Source: Lytechinus pictus (taxonomy: Eukaryota). Taken from it: a DNA stretch of 64,000 bases. The number at the start of each line of letters is the position of its first letter. Position 1 is the first letter of the stretch. Below, in pieces: positions 26,398-38,902 of the stretch. The translations under genes and the position numbers were made by a program. The DNA is taken from contig NC_087251.1 in NCBI RefSeq assembly GCF_037042905.1, positions 17,176,001-17,240,000 of the forward strand, read 5' to 3'. The notes below the pieces were generated by a model, which saw only the letters and a list, made by a program, of their open reading frames with translations, was not told the DNA's origin and searched no databases.

Positions 26398-26595
26398 TTA
26401 TGATTCCAATAATGCATGCCATCGACACACCTGGTGACCCTTTGATTCTCTCATCTCATTCCAATGGCCGATCTCTTCTTCGCTGCTGTTACTGAGACCC
26501 ATTGAGAACCAACCAATGGTCTCCTTACGCTTCACTCCTTTCTTGTTGAATGCCGTGAAGAGTAGGGTCATCTCAGGAAGCTGAAACTGGGCAAC
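26398..26595 (-). CDS. SYT14/16: Synaptotagmin-14/16-like, last coding exon (end of C2B and stop)
   Basis: Read by hand (not in the ORF track): VAQFQLPEMTLLFTAFNKKGVKRKETIGWFSMGLSNSSEEEIGHWNEMRESKGHQVCRWHALLES*. This closely resembles the vertebrate SYT14/16 C-terminus (..KRKEMIGW..GQQVCRWHALLES). AG acceptor at 26597-26596, phase 0, 198 nt including TAA. Confidence 0.96.
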   Translation of the reverse strand, partial: VAQFQLPEMTLLFTAFNKKGVKRKETIGWFSMGLSNSSEEEIGHWNEMRESKGHQVCRWHALLES

Positions 26596-26820
26596 CTGAT
26601 CAGAGAAAAAACATACATTTTTGAAATTTTGAAGTTACGTTTGTACTTACAAATCATTGTACACCAACTGGTTTAATATCGACACATGATTGAGTAAAAC
26701 AGCAAAACACTGAAATATGTCACATTTGAAACAGTGACACATATGCAAGTGGATGTTTAATAATTGGTAGTGTACGAAGTAAGATTCTTGTATTATACAT
26801 TTAAAACCACTTATCAATTA

Positions 26821-27180
26821 GATGTTGTTTGAAGGTTTGCATGGTGGTATGTACAATCGCTGATGTGGTTTACGGTACACCATGTGAAGTGTTGTAGAAA
26901 CAGTGGATAGGAGAAGAGAAGAAATGGATAGGCGAGAAAGTGGAGATTTGAGAGTAGAGTATTCTTTCTTGAAAGTAGTCCTGAAAAGGACTGTAAACCA
27001 GGAAAGATGATGAGTTGAGAACAGCTTGAGTAGTAGAGCTAGTGAGGAGATGCTGGCTTGAGTCGGCGAGTAGAGATGATGAGTAGTATACTATCCACTT
27101 TCTCGCCTATCCATTTCTTCTCTTCTCCTATCCACTGTTTCTACAACACTTCACATGGTGTACCGTAAACCACATCAGCG
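26821..27180. mobile_element. 360-bp insertion with a 12-bp TSD and a perfect 88-bp inverted repeat
   Basis: ACTTATCAATTA at 26809-26820 and 27181-27192; arms at 26857-26944 and 27094-27181. Confidence 0.8.
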
Positions 27181-27263
27181 ACTTATCAATTACTTCTGAT
27201 TCACTACTTAAAAAACAAATTTAGGCATGGTGTAGGAGACAGAACAATTAAAGTTATGTTTAC

Positions 27264-27379
27264 CTGGAAAAAGAATGTCTCCTTAAATGTTGGACTAGAC
27301 TGGCTTCTCCTGACAGAAGTCTTGCTCTTGGAGATCTCAAAGCCACTGGATGACATTAGAGCAACCTTCACAAAGGAAT
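27264..27379 (-). CDS. SYT14/16: SYT14/16-like constant exon (C2B: DSFVKVALMSSSGFEISKSKTSVRRSQSSPTFKETFFFQ)
   Basis: CAG acceptor and GTAAAC donor; 116 nt, phase 1 to 0; joins in frame to give APDSFVK...FFFQ|VAQFQ. Confidence 0.95.
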
Positions 27380-27914
27380 CTGTGACACACATACAACAAT
27401 TAGATAATATGTAAGTGTTGGCTAAAACTGTATTCAATAAAAACGTGTTAAAAGTATGATTAAGCCCCTCAGTAATAATTTTGCCAAGTTATAAATGCTT
27501 TATACTCATGACACAATCTGTCAGAATGTGTGATAGGTTTCTGTTATTTATTCTAATGTTGAAAAAAAATATTCAAGCTCAAAGTATAGAGCCAATAAAT
27601 AGTCGAGCTATTCCTGAAATCATTGTGGATCTTGTCTGGTTATTCAGATTCCTAATAAAAGTTATGTCCATGATTTTACCGCATATGGGATTTCATAACA
27701 CCTTTCCCAATACCCCAATTGGTTTGTATATATAGCAATTGGAGGACTGGGGTGCAAATGATGTTGAGTGATGTAACCTCTTTTGTGTGTATGATAAAAA
27801 AGGGAGTATAAATTATTGTGATGGTGTATTCAGTGGTGTGAAGGCATCATTGGAATAAGAACTCAGAAGGGTGTCAAATATTTCAATGTGAATGGCATCG
27901 GTTCATCTATCGAT

Positions 27915-28250
27915 GTGGTGGCAGTGGTGGGATATGATCAATTATATTATTGTGACAGGAGTCTGCTCATAGTGGCACGGTGGCAGCAGTGGGATATAAG
28001 TTCATAACAATGTGGTGACTGGAGTCTGTTCACAATGGCATGGTGGCAGCATTGGGATATGAATTCATAAAATTACTGTAACTGGAGACTGTTCATAATG
28101 GCATGGTGGCAGCGGTGGGATATGAATTCATAACATTACTGTGACTGGAGTCTGTTCATAGTGGCATGGTGGCAGCAGTGGGATATGAATTCATAACATT
28201 GTGGTGACTGGAGTCTGTTCATAATGGCATGGTGGCAGCAGTGTGATATA
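27915..28250. repeat. ~61-bp minisatellite, about 5-6 copies
   Basis: Unit approximately GGTGGCAGCAGTGGGATATGAATTCATAACATTGTGGTGACTGGAGTCTGTTCATAATGGCAT. Confidence 0.9.
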
Positions 28251-28623
28251 AATCCATACCATCAAAATTAATGGTGTCTTAAATAATGTGACAGTGTTTA
28301 CCGGTAATTAAAATGACTGGAGCATCACGCCAGCATCATTTACCTTATGGGGGCAATATTGAGATGTTGTATGCATATCGATATGCAGTCCTAAATTATG
28401 CTAACATACTGTGAGTATTAATTATGTTATACAACTATGAATAGTTTAGCACCTTGAATCTGGAACCATTTACATTTGATGGTGACATCAGATTGGTAGA
28501 CTAATTTGAACAAAAACATAGTGTAATGTCACATTAAAAAAATATATTCTCATTGACATTTGGACCATGGCTTACTAAAAATCAATAAACACTTCTCTTC
28601 TTTCAAAGCTATTATCTTATTAC

Positions 28624-28822
28624 CTGGTGCTCTACCAGCAGCTTTCTGCTTGAAGTGGCTTCCCTTGATAACCTCTACATCCAGCCGCCCAGTGGTGGCA
28701 TTGTAAGCTAGACCTATCAAGATCTCGGGTACACTACCCTGACTCATTGACTGCAGAGAAGATGAACTGTTGGTGTCGGACAGATCTGAGGTACTGGAGT
28801 ATGGAGAGGAGCCATCCTTGCT
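28624..28822 (-). CDS. SYT14/16: SYT14/16-like constant exon (inter-C2 linker and start of C2B)
   Basis: [10 protein letters not shown]...[42 protein letters not shown], with the SYT14/16-typical [17 protein letters not shown] acceptor, GTAATA donor; 199 nt, phase 0 to 1. Confidence 0.96.
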
Positions 28823-30277
28823 CTGTAAGATGGGTGAAAATGTGAAGACATTGAAACACGGTTTGCAGCTTAGCAAAAAAAAGGTAATGGGCCAAACTGA
28901 GAGGCATGAGAAAACATCGATTTCATGCATGATTTCCAGTTATCTTCCATTTCAAAGAATTCATACCGATCTTATCATAATAATAATAATAATACAGGAT
29001 TTGTATTGCGCACATATCCATCTTGCTAGATGCTCAAGGCATTCCTATATTACCCCGGCTAAGCTCCTCACGTGAGGAGTGTGGCAAATGTAGATTAATT
29101 TCTTCCCAAAATAATTCATTGCCAAAGAGGGATGCAAACCCTAAACCGCAGATTACTTCAAACATACAACGGCCATAAATATTAATGGCTAAAATAAACC
29201 TTGCCAATTAATGATTGATAATAATTAATAATAATTTGTGTTTTATCTTCTTTACTGGCATGCATTTTAAAAAAGATTATTTAACTTCTTTACAGATAAC
29301 GACAGGTAGTTCATTTGAAACAAGTATTGGCTATACTATAAACAACTATAATTGGAATCACCAGATTCTGCACAGATGCTTATTAGAATGTATTCATTCA
29401 TTGCTTATACATAAATGTTCATTATTTCTTGAACTTTATCCCTAACTTGGCCCCCCCCCAGCTTCTGCACCCCAAAATCAATATAAATGTGACATTTTAT
29501 TGTCCTAGTTACAAATATCCTCCCTAATAAATGATAGATTTCAGAACCTCCTTCAAACCAATGGGAGGAATAGTCCATTAAAGAAAGACTACTGCTAAAG
29601 AAACTTCTCTTTTAATCCCTTACAATAATAGTGATGTAAGCAGTATTCATAAGGGACCCAATACAGCATAATATCCACTAGAGCTTATCCACAGTATTGA
29701 CAATGCAGCAAACTCTTGGTCAAGAACAATGAAAAGTCTATCAGGAACAAGGGTTGACCCTTCAATGAATACGACATGGTCTATTCAGTTCAACAATTTC
29801 AAAGCAAGACACAGAACATTTGGAAGGAGCAACTTGGCTTGAGAAAGTCCATAGGTTGAGGATAAAAGTAACTGTATTCCCAAACCTCAGTATTTCTTAA
29901 GCTCCTGGGATTTTTGTTTTTTCTGATCAAATTTGGAAGATAAAATCTATCCAGGTGGAACAATGTCTGATAGATTACCATTGCTGAAATGCATCATAAA
30001 AGCAGTTGCTTTAATTGATAATTTTGTTCTAAATAATGGTAACAAAAGTAAAGATATACATTCCAATTGGAAGTTCACTCTCCCAGAAGTTGGTCTAAAT
30101 CAAATTTTGATAAACATTACATTCATGTTTTGAAAATACAAATATAAATATCATACTTCAACTTTAGCAACTCTGATAAAAATAGACAACGTTGAATTTT
30201 GAATCTCAATACTTCGAGGCATTCACAAAAGTTATGCATAATTATATTAGGACCATAAAGATGAACTCTTTACTCAC

Positions 30278-30688
30278 CACATCACTGCGAGGGTCGATTC
30301 TGACTTTGATGATTTGCTTGGTACCAATGTTTAGCGATGAGAACTTGATGATGCTCTCTCCAATTAGCTTCTCCTTCCTCATCCTCTCACAGCCATACAG
30401 TCTGCACCTCAGAGCAGTACTCACAACCTCATGAGGGAAGATCCGAGAGAACCTGAACAACTCTTTAAAGAGAGGCTCCTTAGTCTCTCTGATGTGGGTC
30501 TTAGCCCTTTGGCGTTTGCTTGGAAGCAGCAGAAGACGTAGCCTGAAGCTGGAAGCTCCACCTTCATCCTTAGTTGGTAGGTTATGGCACTTGATGATGG
30601 TGACATTCATACGCCTTGCTTCACCGTTGTACTGGAAAGCAATTTCAAGTTCACCAATGGAGGGACCCGCATCAGCTGGCTGGACATT
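30278..30688 (-). CDS. SYT14/16: SYT14/16-like constant exon (C2A domain)
   Basis: NVQPADAGPSIGELEIAFQYNGEARRMNVTIIKCHNLPTKDEGGASSFRLRLLLLPSKRQRAKT...RCRLYGCERMRKEKLIGE...DPRSDV. TAG acceptor, GTGAGT donor; 411 nt, phase 0 to 0. Confidence 0.96.
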
Positions 30689-31027
30689 CTAAATGGATGA
30701 AGAAAAAAATGTATCATTGAATTATTATCTGAAATTTGAAAAAAAAAAGAGCAAATAGAAATAATCCTTCAGGAGGTATCAACAATTATTTTCACCTTGG
30801 TGAAAAGCAGCAACATAGAAGTTCTTTCCAAATTGATTTAAACCACACCCCATCAGCGCAAAGGCCTGTGATAAATATTCCACTACTAATAATATCAACT
30901 TATGACTATGATTATACAACTTTGATGGGTATTTAATATTGATGCATATATAAGAACACATAGATCTATAGTAGATGAAAAGTTAGATGGAGAGATGGAT
31001 AGATTGAATGATAGAAAGGCACCGTAC

Positions 31028-31158
31028 CTCTACAACTATATCATCGTCATCTGATCCAACCAGAGGCAGATCATCCACCATCTCTGATTGTACAGGATCA
31101 TCATGGCCTTCTTGACCTATCGATATGTCACCTTGTTCTGCATCCTCCGCTCTCACAC
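31028..31158 (-). CDS. SYT14/16: SYT14/16-like first constant exon (acidic linker), phase-1 acceptor
   Basis: (G)VRAEDAEQGDISIGQEGHDDPVQSEMVDDLPLVGSDDDDIVVE. Pyrimidine tract plus CCAG acceptor, GTACGG donor; 131 nt, phase 1 to 0, in frame with the C2A exon. Confidence 0.85.
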
Positions 31159-31685
31159 CTGGTACAGACACAAAGAATCAGAAACAAATAGGGACATTAG
31201 AAATATTGTTATTGGAAAATGGAAAGATAACTAATTTGAATAAAAAGTTGAGAAACTGGACACAATGAATAATGGAAATTGACAGGAATAGAACAGTAAA
31301 ACAAAATCATACCATTTAATTTTTTTTTCTTTAATTCATTGATCTTCTGCTTAAAAAATGATGAGATTTGCAACTACTACCCAGACTTTATCTGGTACAC
31401 TGATAATCTATTGCAACTAGCCCTCATGACAAAGCAGCCTCTGTTGAAAATTAGTGAATCAAAACAGCAGTATTGTCATGGACTCTGGACAAACAACATA
31501 TTTGCAATTTTTCATCAGCTCAGATTTTGGGACAATCTGCGGTCCCGGTTTAAGATTTCCAACAAAGACCTTTACACTGTTCATTGTGATTTGACAGGCA
31601 CTTTCAATAGATTTACTAGTGTTGAAGAATCTGTCCTGTTGCAATTGCTACTGAGTGAAGTTTAAATCAAATATAAAAAAGTAAC

Positions 31686-31959
31686 AGTGTTGCCAATGCT
31701 GGCCTCAAGGAAAATTATTTGGCATTGGCCGTGGGATAGGTCCTCGGACCAGGCCAGCTAAGGCCAGGAAATATTGAAAAATCAGTTGTAGTGATTGTTA
31801 TCCTACAGCTTTATAGCAATGGCCTTAAAGCTGACCTCAAGCATAAATTTTGTGGATTTTGCCTTGGACCCTTGGCCTTGGGCAACCAGGCCTTGCTTTG
31901 CCATTGGCCTCGGTCTCAGACAGCCTGGCGTTGGGTTTTCAACCTTGTGCACAACACTG
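31686..31959. mobile_element. Small hAT-like MITE
   Basis: CAGTGTTG...CAACACTG termini; GGCC(T/A) subterminal repeats. Confidence 0.55.
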
Positions 31960-34900
31960 AATAACCATTTCATAATTTCGAATTTATCATATAGGCACAC
32001 ACCCACAATTTTGCCTATTCAGTGTAAACAATAGTGAACAATATTTTGTACTTAAAAATGGTGTTCATTGATGCATGGTCCTAGCACCTATATAGTTTAG
32101 AACTTCAGGAATCTTTGTAATCATGATAAGTCATATTTTCAAGAAATTAAAGTATTATTAATCATAATCTCACAAACAATCATGAAAGTTTCTTTTTCAC
32201 TGGGATACCCCGTAATCCCAAGCCTTGTACAGGGACCACCCGGTTCCAATAGGCAGTAGGTAAAATGAGGATTCCCAACAGACAATTCAAATCATCATGT
32301 ATGGGATACTAATACTTCCATACTCTTTAGAATTATAATCATTGCTACAGAGACACATACTACCTTCATGGTACCTTGGCATTTTGCTTTTATGAACTTC
32401 GATATAAATACTAGGGCAATATGAATACTATTAAGCCTAGGGCATGAAAGGTGTTCATTTATACTTCACAGATATGAAAAAAAACCAAGAAATGTGGATA
32501 GTGAGAGAATGAAGAAGATATGCATTCCCCTTTTCACCAGTTCACAAGGTATTACCTTCATATACCTTTCAGAATTGAAAAGATGTGAGGATTATATACT
32601 GGTAGATGACCTAAAACTCTATTGAACCTCGCTGTTACAACCTTCATTATTTTGTCAGTTTTTGGCATAGGTTGGGATATACAATATGTTAGGAGCAGAA
32701 TTGAACAAAAGCTCACCTTGAGAGTTTATACATGTCTATGTACCATTTGAAATGAGTGATAAAAGTATTTTTGTGTTGCTATACAATGGGAATTCTTCAG
32801 TATGGAAAACCCTCATGAATACATGTATAATTGCCTTGGTTGATAGTCCTTGGTCTCCTATTGACTTGATAATTCAAATCAATTTCATGCAAGTCAGCCA
32901 GACTAACAGCAAGACAGAAGTATTACTAAAATGCTTAGAATATTCTTTTTCCTTGTTGAAATATACATATGGGAAGCAAATGAAAAGGTGAACATAGTTT
33001 TGATTTAATAGTTTTCCTTAAACAGATCCATATGATACGACACATTGTGGAGGGAGGCGCCAATTTGTCAGAAGCTATATTAAAAGAAGCTGTTATATTG
33101 TAGTCTGCAGGCACAGACTCTGATTGAAATTTGATCAACAAGTGTGTCTCCATGCAAAGACTATCACATACAAAACTTGCTGTTTCAGAGGACCTTCAGT
33201 ACACAAGGCATGAGTAGGCTGCACATTCAGACCCTTAACTCGAGTGAAGGGTTTGCGCAACAGACCAGTTATATTGTGCCCATTTCTGGTCTCCTGAAAC
33301 CAAGAGTGCAATAATTAATAGATATGACACATAAAAACAAAAATAAATGGAGTAAGAAGTGCCTTTTAATATGGAAGCAATATGTTTGCATCCCCCTACT
33401 CCTCAACCACAAAAGAAGCTCATCACATAATAAGCATATGTCATTTGAATTAAACAAAATATTGCAATATATCCTATTTGACCCTCATGATCATCTAATC
33501 AGACCACTGTTCTAACAAGGAGACATACAGATTACTGGACAGTTACCATTATCTGGGGTGGTATTCTGAGATCTATTTTATCTCAGTTACAATAAAATAT
33601 TTTATCTCTGTTAAAATCAGTGAGATAAAATACCCTTAAAATCTCTCCGAATTGGTATTCTGGGAACCATTTTACCTTCATTTTATCTCTGTAAGACACC
33701 TAATTTTGAAGCAATATCCAATGAGAAACACTGTTTTATAGCTCTCTCATCTCATTTATCCAATGAAAATCCATTCTACCAGGAGATCTGGAGATGTGGC
33801 AAAAAGAGTGAGCTTGCTTCAATTTATTAACTTCAAATACGCTTGCACCATATGCTGGCGTGTCTTGACAGAGATTTCTTCTTTTTTTTTATTGCAATAC
33901 TCTAATCTTTTCATTACAAGCATCATTTCAAAAACAATATTAGTCAAGAAAAGCAGTAAGAAATCATTCCTAATTCTACAGAATAATGTTAAGCTAAAGT
34001 GTCACTTTCAATAGCTATATAATTTTTCTTCATTTCAATATTTGGAGCTAATTCACCTAGAAATATTTGATGAACCTCAGGAACTCTACCAGATGGAAGA
34101 AAAAAAATCAAAATTGGTCAACAAATAAAGAATTTTTTGTGAATTTTGAAAAATGCACATAAATTGGCATATTTAATGAGTTTCAAAATTCTGTGCAGAA
34201 GTTTTGAATCCCCCACCTCGTGCTATCATATAAAGCAAACAGAATTGACAATCGGACTTGAAATAATGAAGAAGAAGCATTTTGAAATTGTGGACGGACA
34301 ACAGATGACGGCAGGCGACGGACGCCACAGCATATTGCTCATCTGGCTCTTTGGGCCGGATAAGGTAAAAATGGGATGAACTACCTGAGTCAATTATTTT
34401 TACATGAATATTCATGGTATGAGACAGAACCAGACTTTGTAGGGCCTAGATTGAGTGAATTTGTGATGATCTTAGTACTTTTCTACTGCATTCGGATACA
34501 GTTTTGGGCCCAACTTTTGAGGACAAATCAACTATATCTGAATGACCTGTGCCGTTGTCACAAAAACATTGTCAGCCCAACAGAGTGCTAAAAGCAAGAC
34601 CAGTCACATCTTTCGGATTGTGAAGTCAAAACATTTTTTTTAATGTGTATAAAGTAATGCATTGTTGTAACATCAGGCATTGCTGCCACATTACCGGTTG
34701 TAACAGGGCCTCTGTTAGTGCACTGTTAACGCTAACAACGTTTATGTGCGGTCAGTACTGGTTGGTTTCAAATCAACAGACGGAGCCATTGTAAATTTAT
34801 CTTAAATGGAATGTAAGGCCGTTTAAAATCATCCTTTCTATCATTTTGAATGAAACCCCTTGTGATCGGGCAATTTAAGAGGGTGCTGAGAATAGTAAGG

Positions 34901-36742
34901 TATGCAACACAATGAATGATGGGGGATGGTTGAGCAGATCAAGTAACCCAACTGAATCAATCCAAGAATAAAGGAAAGTCTGAATAAGATTTTACAACCT
35001 GGCCATCTATGGATGGATTTCAAGAAGAACTTGTGAGGTGATCAGCATAGCTATAAGCATGAAAGGCAGGACAATTTACAGCGCAATATAGATCTATACA
35101 TTTTTTTTGTGATTTTGTCAAACTGGGAAAGTATTCAAAGACATTGGACAGGTAAAGGGTATAAGTATTTTGAAAAATCATTTTCAATATTTTCACCAGC
35201 AGCAGAAACATCCAACTGCCTGTCTTGTCCACAATAATAATAAACTGGGTCACAATACATACCAAGCATGGTACAAGAGAATTATGTCCAAGTGCATTGT
35301 AATAATTATTTATTTGACACTACTTAACAAAAATAGCCAAAACACATCGCTAAATAAGAAATTATTCATGACTTGCCTTGTATCAACTTGTACCAAATTT
35401 ATACAATATTTTTGCAAATAATTCAGAAAGGACAACAGCTTTAAGACATCGATAGATGGAAAATTCATCAATGACTTGCCTTATCAAACTTGTACTCTAT
35501 TATATTTAATATATTTTTTTGAATAATAAAGAAAGGACAACAGCTAATAACACATCCATGTATAGATAATGTACCAAAGGAATTACTTGCCAGTTGCCAA
35601 ACATGCACCCTATTTACAAATTATTGTTGTTTTAGATACAAAATGAAGTTCATGTATTATAATCAAGCACAATATGGCACATAGCTCTTCCAAAGTAATC
35701 TTATTCTGAACTCGGAGTGAAAACATTAAGTCCCCTCACTCAAAATGCATGCCTGGTTCCTTAACTAACTATAGAAATTTACAGACACAATGAAGACTAG
35801 GTCTTTAATTAAATTTGAATCCTGCGTTTTGGGTAGTTCTACTAATATAATTAACATAAAAAAATAACATGTACAACTTTGAAATAACTTCCACATTTCT
35901 TTTGTAAATTCATCCTTGAAAAAGTATCCAAAAAAGGTCGGCCATATTTTGTGATAGAGACCTACGCGTTGAATATATCATGGACCCTATTAAGCTGGGG
36001 TCCATTCCTATATTAACAGGGTGAGCTTTTCACTGTTAAGGTATGTACCAACAAACCTCAAAATCCCAATGCCCCAGGCATCTGTCGGTTTACATGAAGC
36101 TTGCATATGACAATAAATGTCACACAGAACACTGTAAAATGTCACACTCAGTCAATCATCAGTCAAGGGAAACAATCCTTTCAATGTCAGCACATGGATT
36201 AGTCTATGTATGCACAATGCTAATTACCACTCATTATGAATCCAAATATGTATCATAGACTTTTTAATATGTTTCAAAAAAATATTTTTAACTTGCTAAG
36301 CTCAACCCTTTATACATTTGCAATGCAACTGACAGTCTCATCAACATTATATGCAATTCAATAGAGCAGCAATGTTTGATTTTTTACATTATATATGTTG
36401 GTTTTTTTCATTTACCCTTTGAACAAGCCAAAGGCACAAATGAGCAAGGTTTTGGATGTCCTGTTGACTAGCCCCAATGCCCACTGTATTGAAATGTTTT
36501 GGTACTGCTTTTCATTTTCCCTATTTGTGCTGCTATAAAGAAATGTGGTTGACTGCAAGGTGACCTTGCAATAATAATTTTGAAATCAATGAAAACATTC
36601 AATAGATTTTTGGATACTGAAATAACATATAAATCCTATTTTCTATTGAGCATAAGCAGGAATAAACAGGAAATATGAATTTTGAGGGTTGCATGGCCCC
36701 TTAAAAAAATGAAATGAATTGCCCCATTGTAAATAAACCTAC

Positions 36743-37010
36743 CTACTTCACTAACCAATGACTCATTTGAGACAAGCTCATTGGCATTCTCACCGACTGC
36801 AGACTCTAAATCAACCTTACTATTAGCGATTGATACAACGTCCGATTCATTGGCGCTATGGGCAACACTGGGCTCTGAGTAGTGGCCCTCGTCTTCATCA
36901 ATGTTTTCATTATGCTCTTTGACTTCAGAAGGTTCCCTTGCAGGTCTGGGAACTAATCCTATCAGGGACGAAAACCCTGGGCAAAACTTCAGGCACGGTA
37001 AACACGTCAT
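36743..37010 (-). CDS. SYT14/16: Candidate alternative first coding exon V1 (MTCLPCLKFCPGF...SNESLVSEV)
   Basis: ATG with an in-frame TGA 15 nt upstream; acidic, protein-like 89 codons; ends GTA G|GTAGGT, a phase-1 donor (268 nt = 89x3+1). Confidence 0.7.
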
Positions 37011-38509
37011 TTTCTTTTCAATTCACATATGTCTTCTACTAGAAATGTTTCAGAGAAAGTGGGTTAATTCTGACCGTCTCAATCTGACACAAAATGACTC
37101 CGAGTTTGGACCAGATCAGCAGATATATTGCCAAGAGTTCACAGGAAGCTTATTAGCAATTGTCATAAATACTTGTCAACTTTTTTAGATTCAAACATGC
37201 ACAAGACAGTAGTGGGCAAGGTCATGCCATGAGTAACAATTTATCAAAAAATCAATGAAATCCAGAAATTGAAGAAAACTTCAAGGATGAAAGTAAGGTG
37301 CCCAGTGTAGAACAGACAGATATAAATTCTTTGAGTCAACTTCTTTATTAGAACCGAAGAAGCCACTGATTTCCAGCATATAGTCCTTTAAACATGGTTT
37401 GTGATTCACATGTACAGCAAGCAGGTGAAAGATTAAATGTCTTCAGTAATTCTTTCCCTCAGGCTAAAGTATTTGAGCAAACAATAAAACATCTTTCTAC
37501 GTTTTTTAATACCAATGTAGCTGCGATCACTAAAGAGACCTGGGTTGGGTTTGGTCTCAGGCAGATGATTCTGTAGAATCTCAGGAACTTCAGAGGTGCA
37601 AAGTCCAGAGATCCCCCGTCTTTCTCAGTGAATACAAAATTGTTGATGTTTCTGACTTCAAACAAGGACAGAAAAGAATAGGACAGTGCAGCTTCAGAGC
37701 GCAAGATGATATGCAACCGCTAGTAATAATGTCAAACTCTATCCAATCAGCATATCAAAATAAGAAATACTGGTAGTTGTATAGTCTGATGCAGTTTAAG
37801 AATATGCAAGTGTGGTTAACATGTTGAGCGCACTTGTTATGGGAGACACCACACTCCCCCTGCATGGGACACATCAATTCACAATATAACAAGGGGGAAA
37901 AAAACAGGATTAAATCTGGTTTTAAAATGCAGGTTTGGGGCTGGATTGGGAATAGTACAGTTCAGTGAATATTGTGAAGAGAACACACATATATACAGCA
38001 ATGGATGGGACAATGTATGCAAGAAGGGGCCAGAGTGATTCTTGGTGGACTGGGTATTCATAATGCAGCTCCTCTATTCATACTGTTCCAAGGTAAATAA
38101 TGCCCATAAGCTGTAGACAGTGTGATAGGCATAAAACTTACTTAGCTGTAAACATCACGAGAATGGAAGACCTTCCATGGAAGAACCAATCAAAGCAATC
38201 AAGAATTTTTTAAATGTCCATATGTTTTTGCTATAATATAAAAAAATTGAAAATGGCAGCTAAAACTTTTAAATGAACAAGTTAGTACATACTGTATTAG
38301 CCATAATTTTTGAGAAAAGATGGTAGGCTTTTTCAAAAGTGCTAAAAGTCTACTCTGCTAGCTTTCCAGTAGTCACAGTGTCCAGTCAATTAGTTTTCAT
38401 GCCAATACCAATTTACACATCTTGTCAACAGACATATTGGTGAGAATTGTATACCTAATGGTTCAAAGTCATTGGACTTATCCATTAATTCATAACACCC
38501 CTTTTGGGT

Positions 38510-38902
38510 CAGGGTTCCCAGCTTTTCAAGAAAACAAAGTTCCCTGATTTTTCCCTGATGAATTTTAACAATTCCCTGATAATTATTTAAACCCATTCCC
38601 AGTTTCGCATGTTTTCTAAGCTGTTGCAGTGAATTACATGTATTTTCAGTATAAAAACAATAATTTAAAACTAATTAGTACCTCCATAACCAGTCATTCA
38701 ATGGATGTTGTTTTGATATGCAACATAATATAACAGAGTCTGATTGACTACCGTGCTTTCGACTTTTTGGCTGATAAAAATTCCCTGATTTTTCCCTCAT
38801 TTGAGGCATTTCCCTGATTTGAGGTATTTTTTAATCAAATTTCCCTGACTGGAAAAAGGTGAAACGATTTTCCCTGATTTCTCTGATGGGCTGGGAACCC
38901 TG
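38510..38902. mobile_element. MITE with 13-bp TIR CAGGGTTCCCAGC and 6-bp TSD TTGGGT
   Basis: TTGGGT|CAGGGTTCCCAGC ... GCTGGGAACCCTG|TTGGGT; TTCCCTGA subterminal repeats. Confidence 0.88.

Noticed and set aside
27915..28250. CRISPR-like array
   Set aside because: The units are contiguous tandem repeats with no unique spacers, in a eukaryotic intron with no cas genes.
32935..33153. METHLLIK... ORF (and the ORFs at 37459-37716, 54089-54271 and 58410-58619) as further variable exons
   Set aside because: I found no convincing phase-1 GT donor before the stop.
34841..35023. Hydrophobic ORF (ILFRLSFILGLIQLGYLIC) as the SYT transmembrane exon
   Set aside because: It has no ATG start, no convincing phase-1 donor and no resemblance to the SYT14 TM segment.
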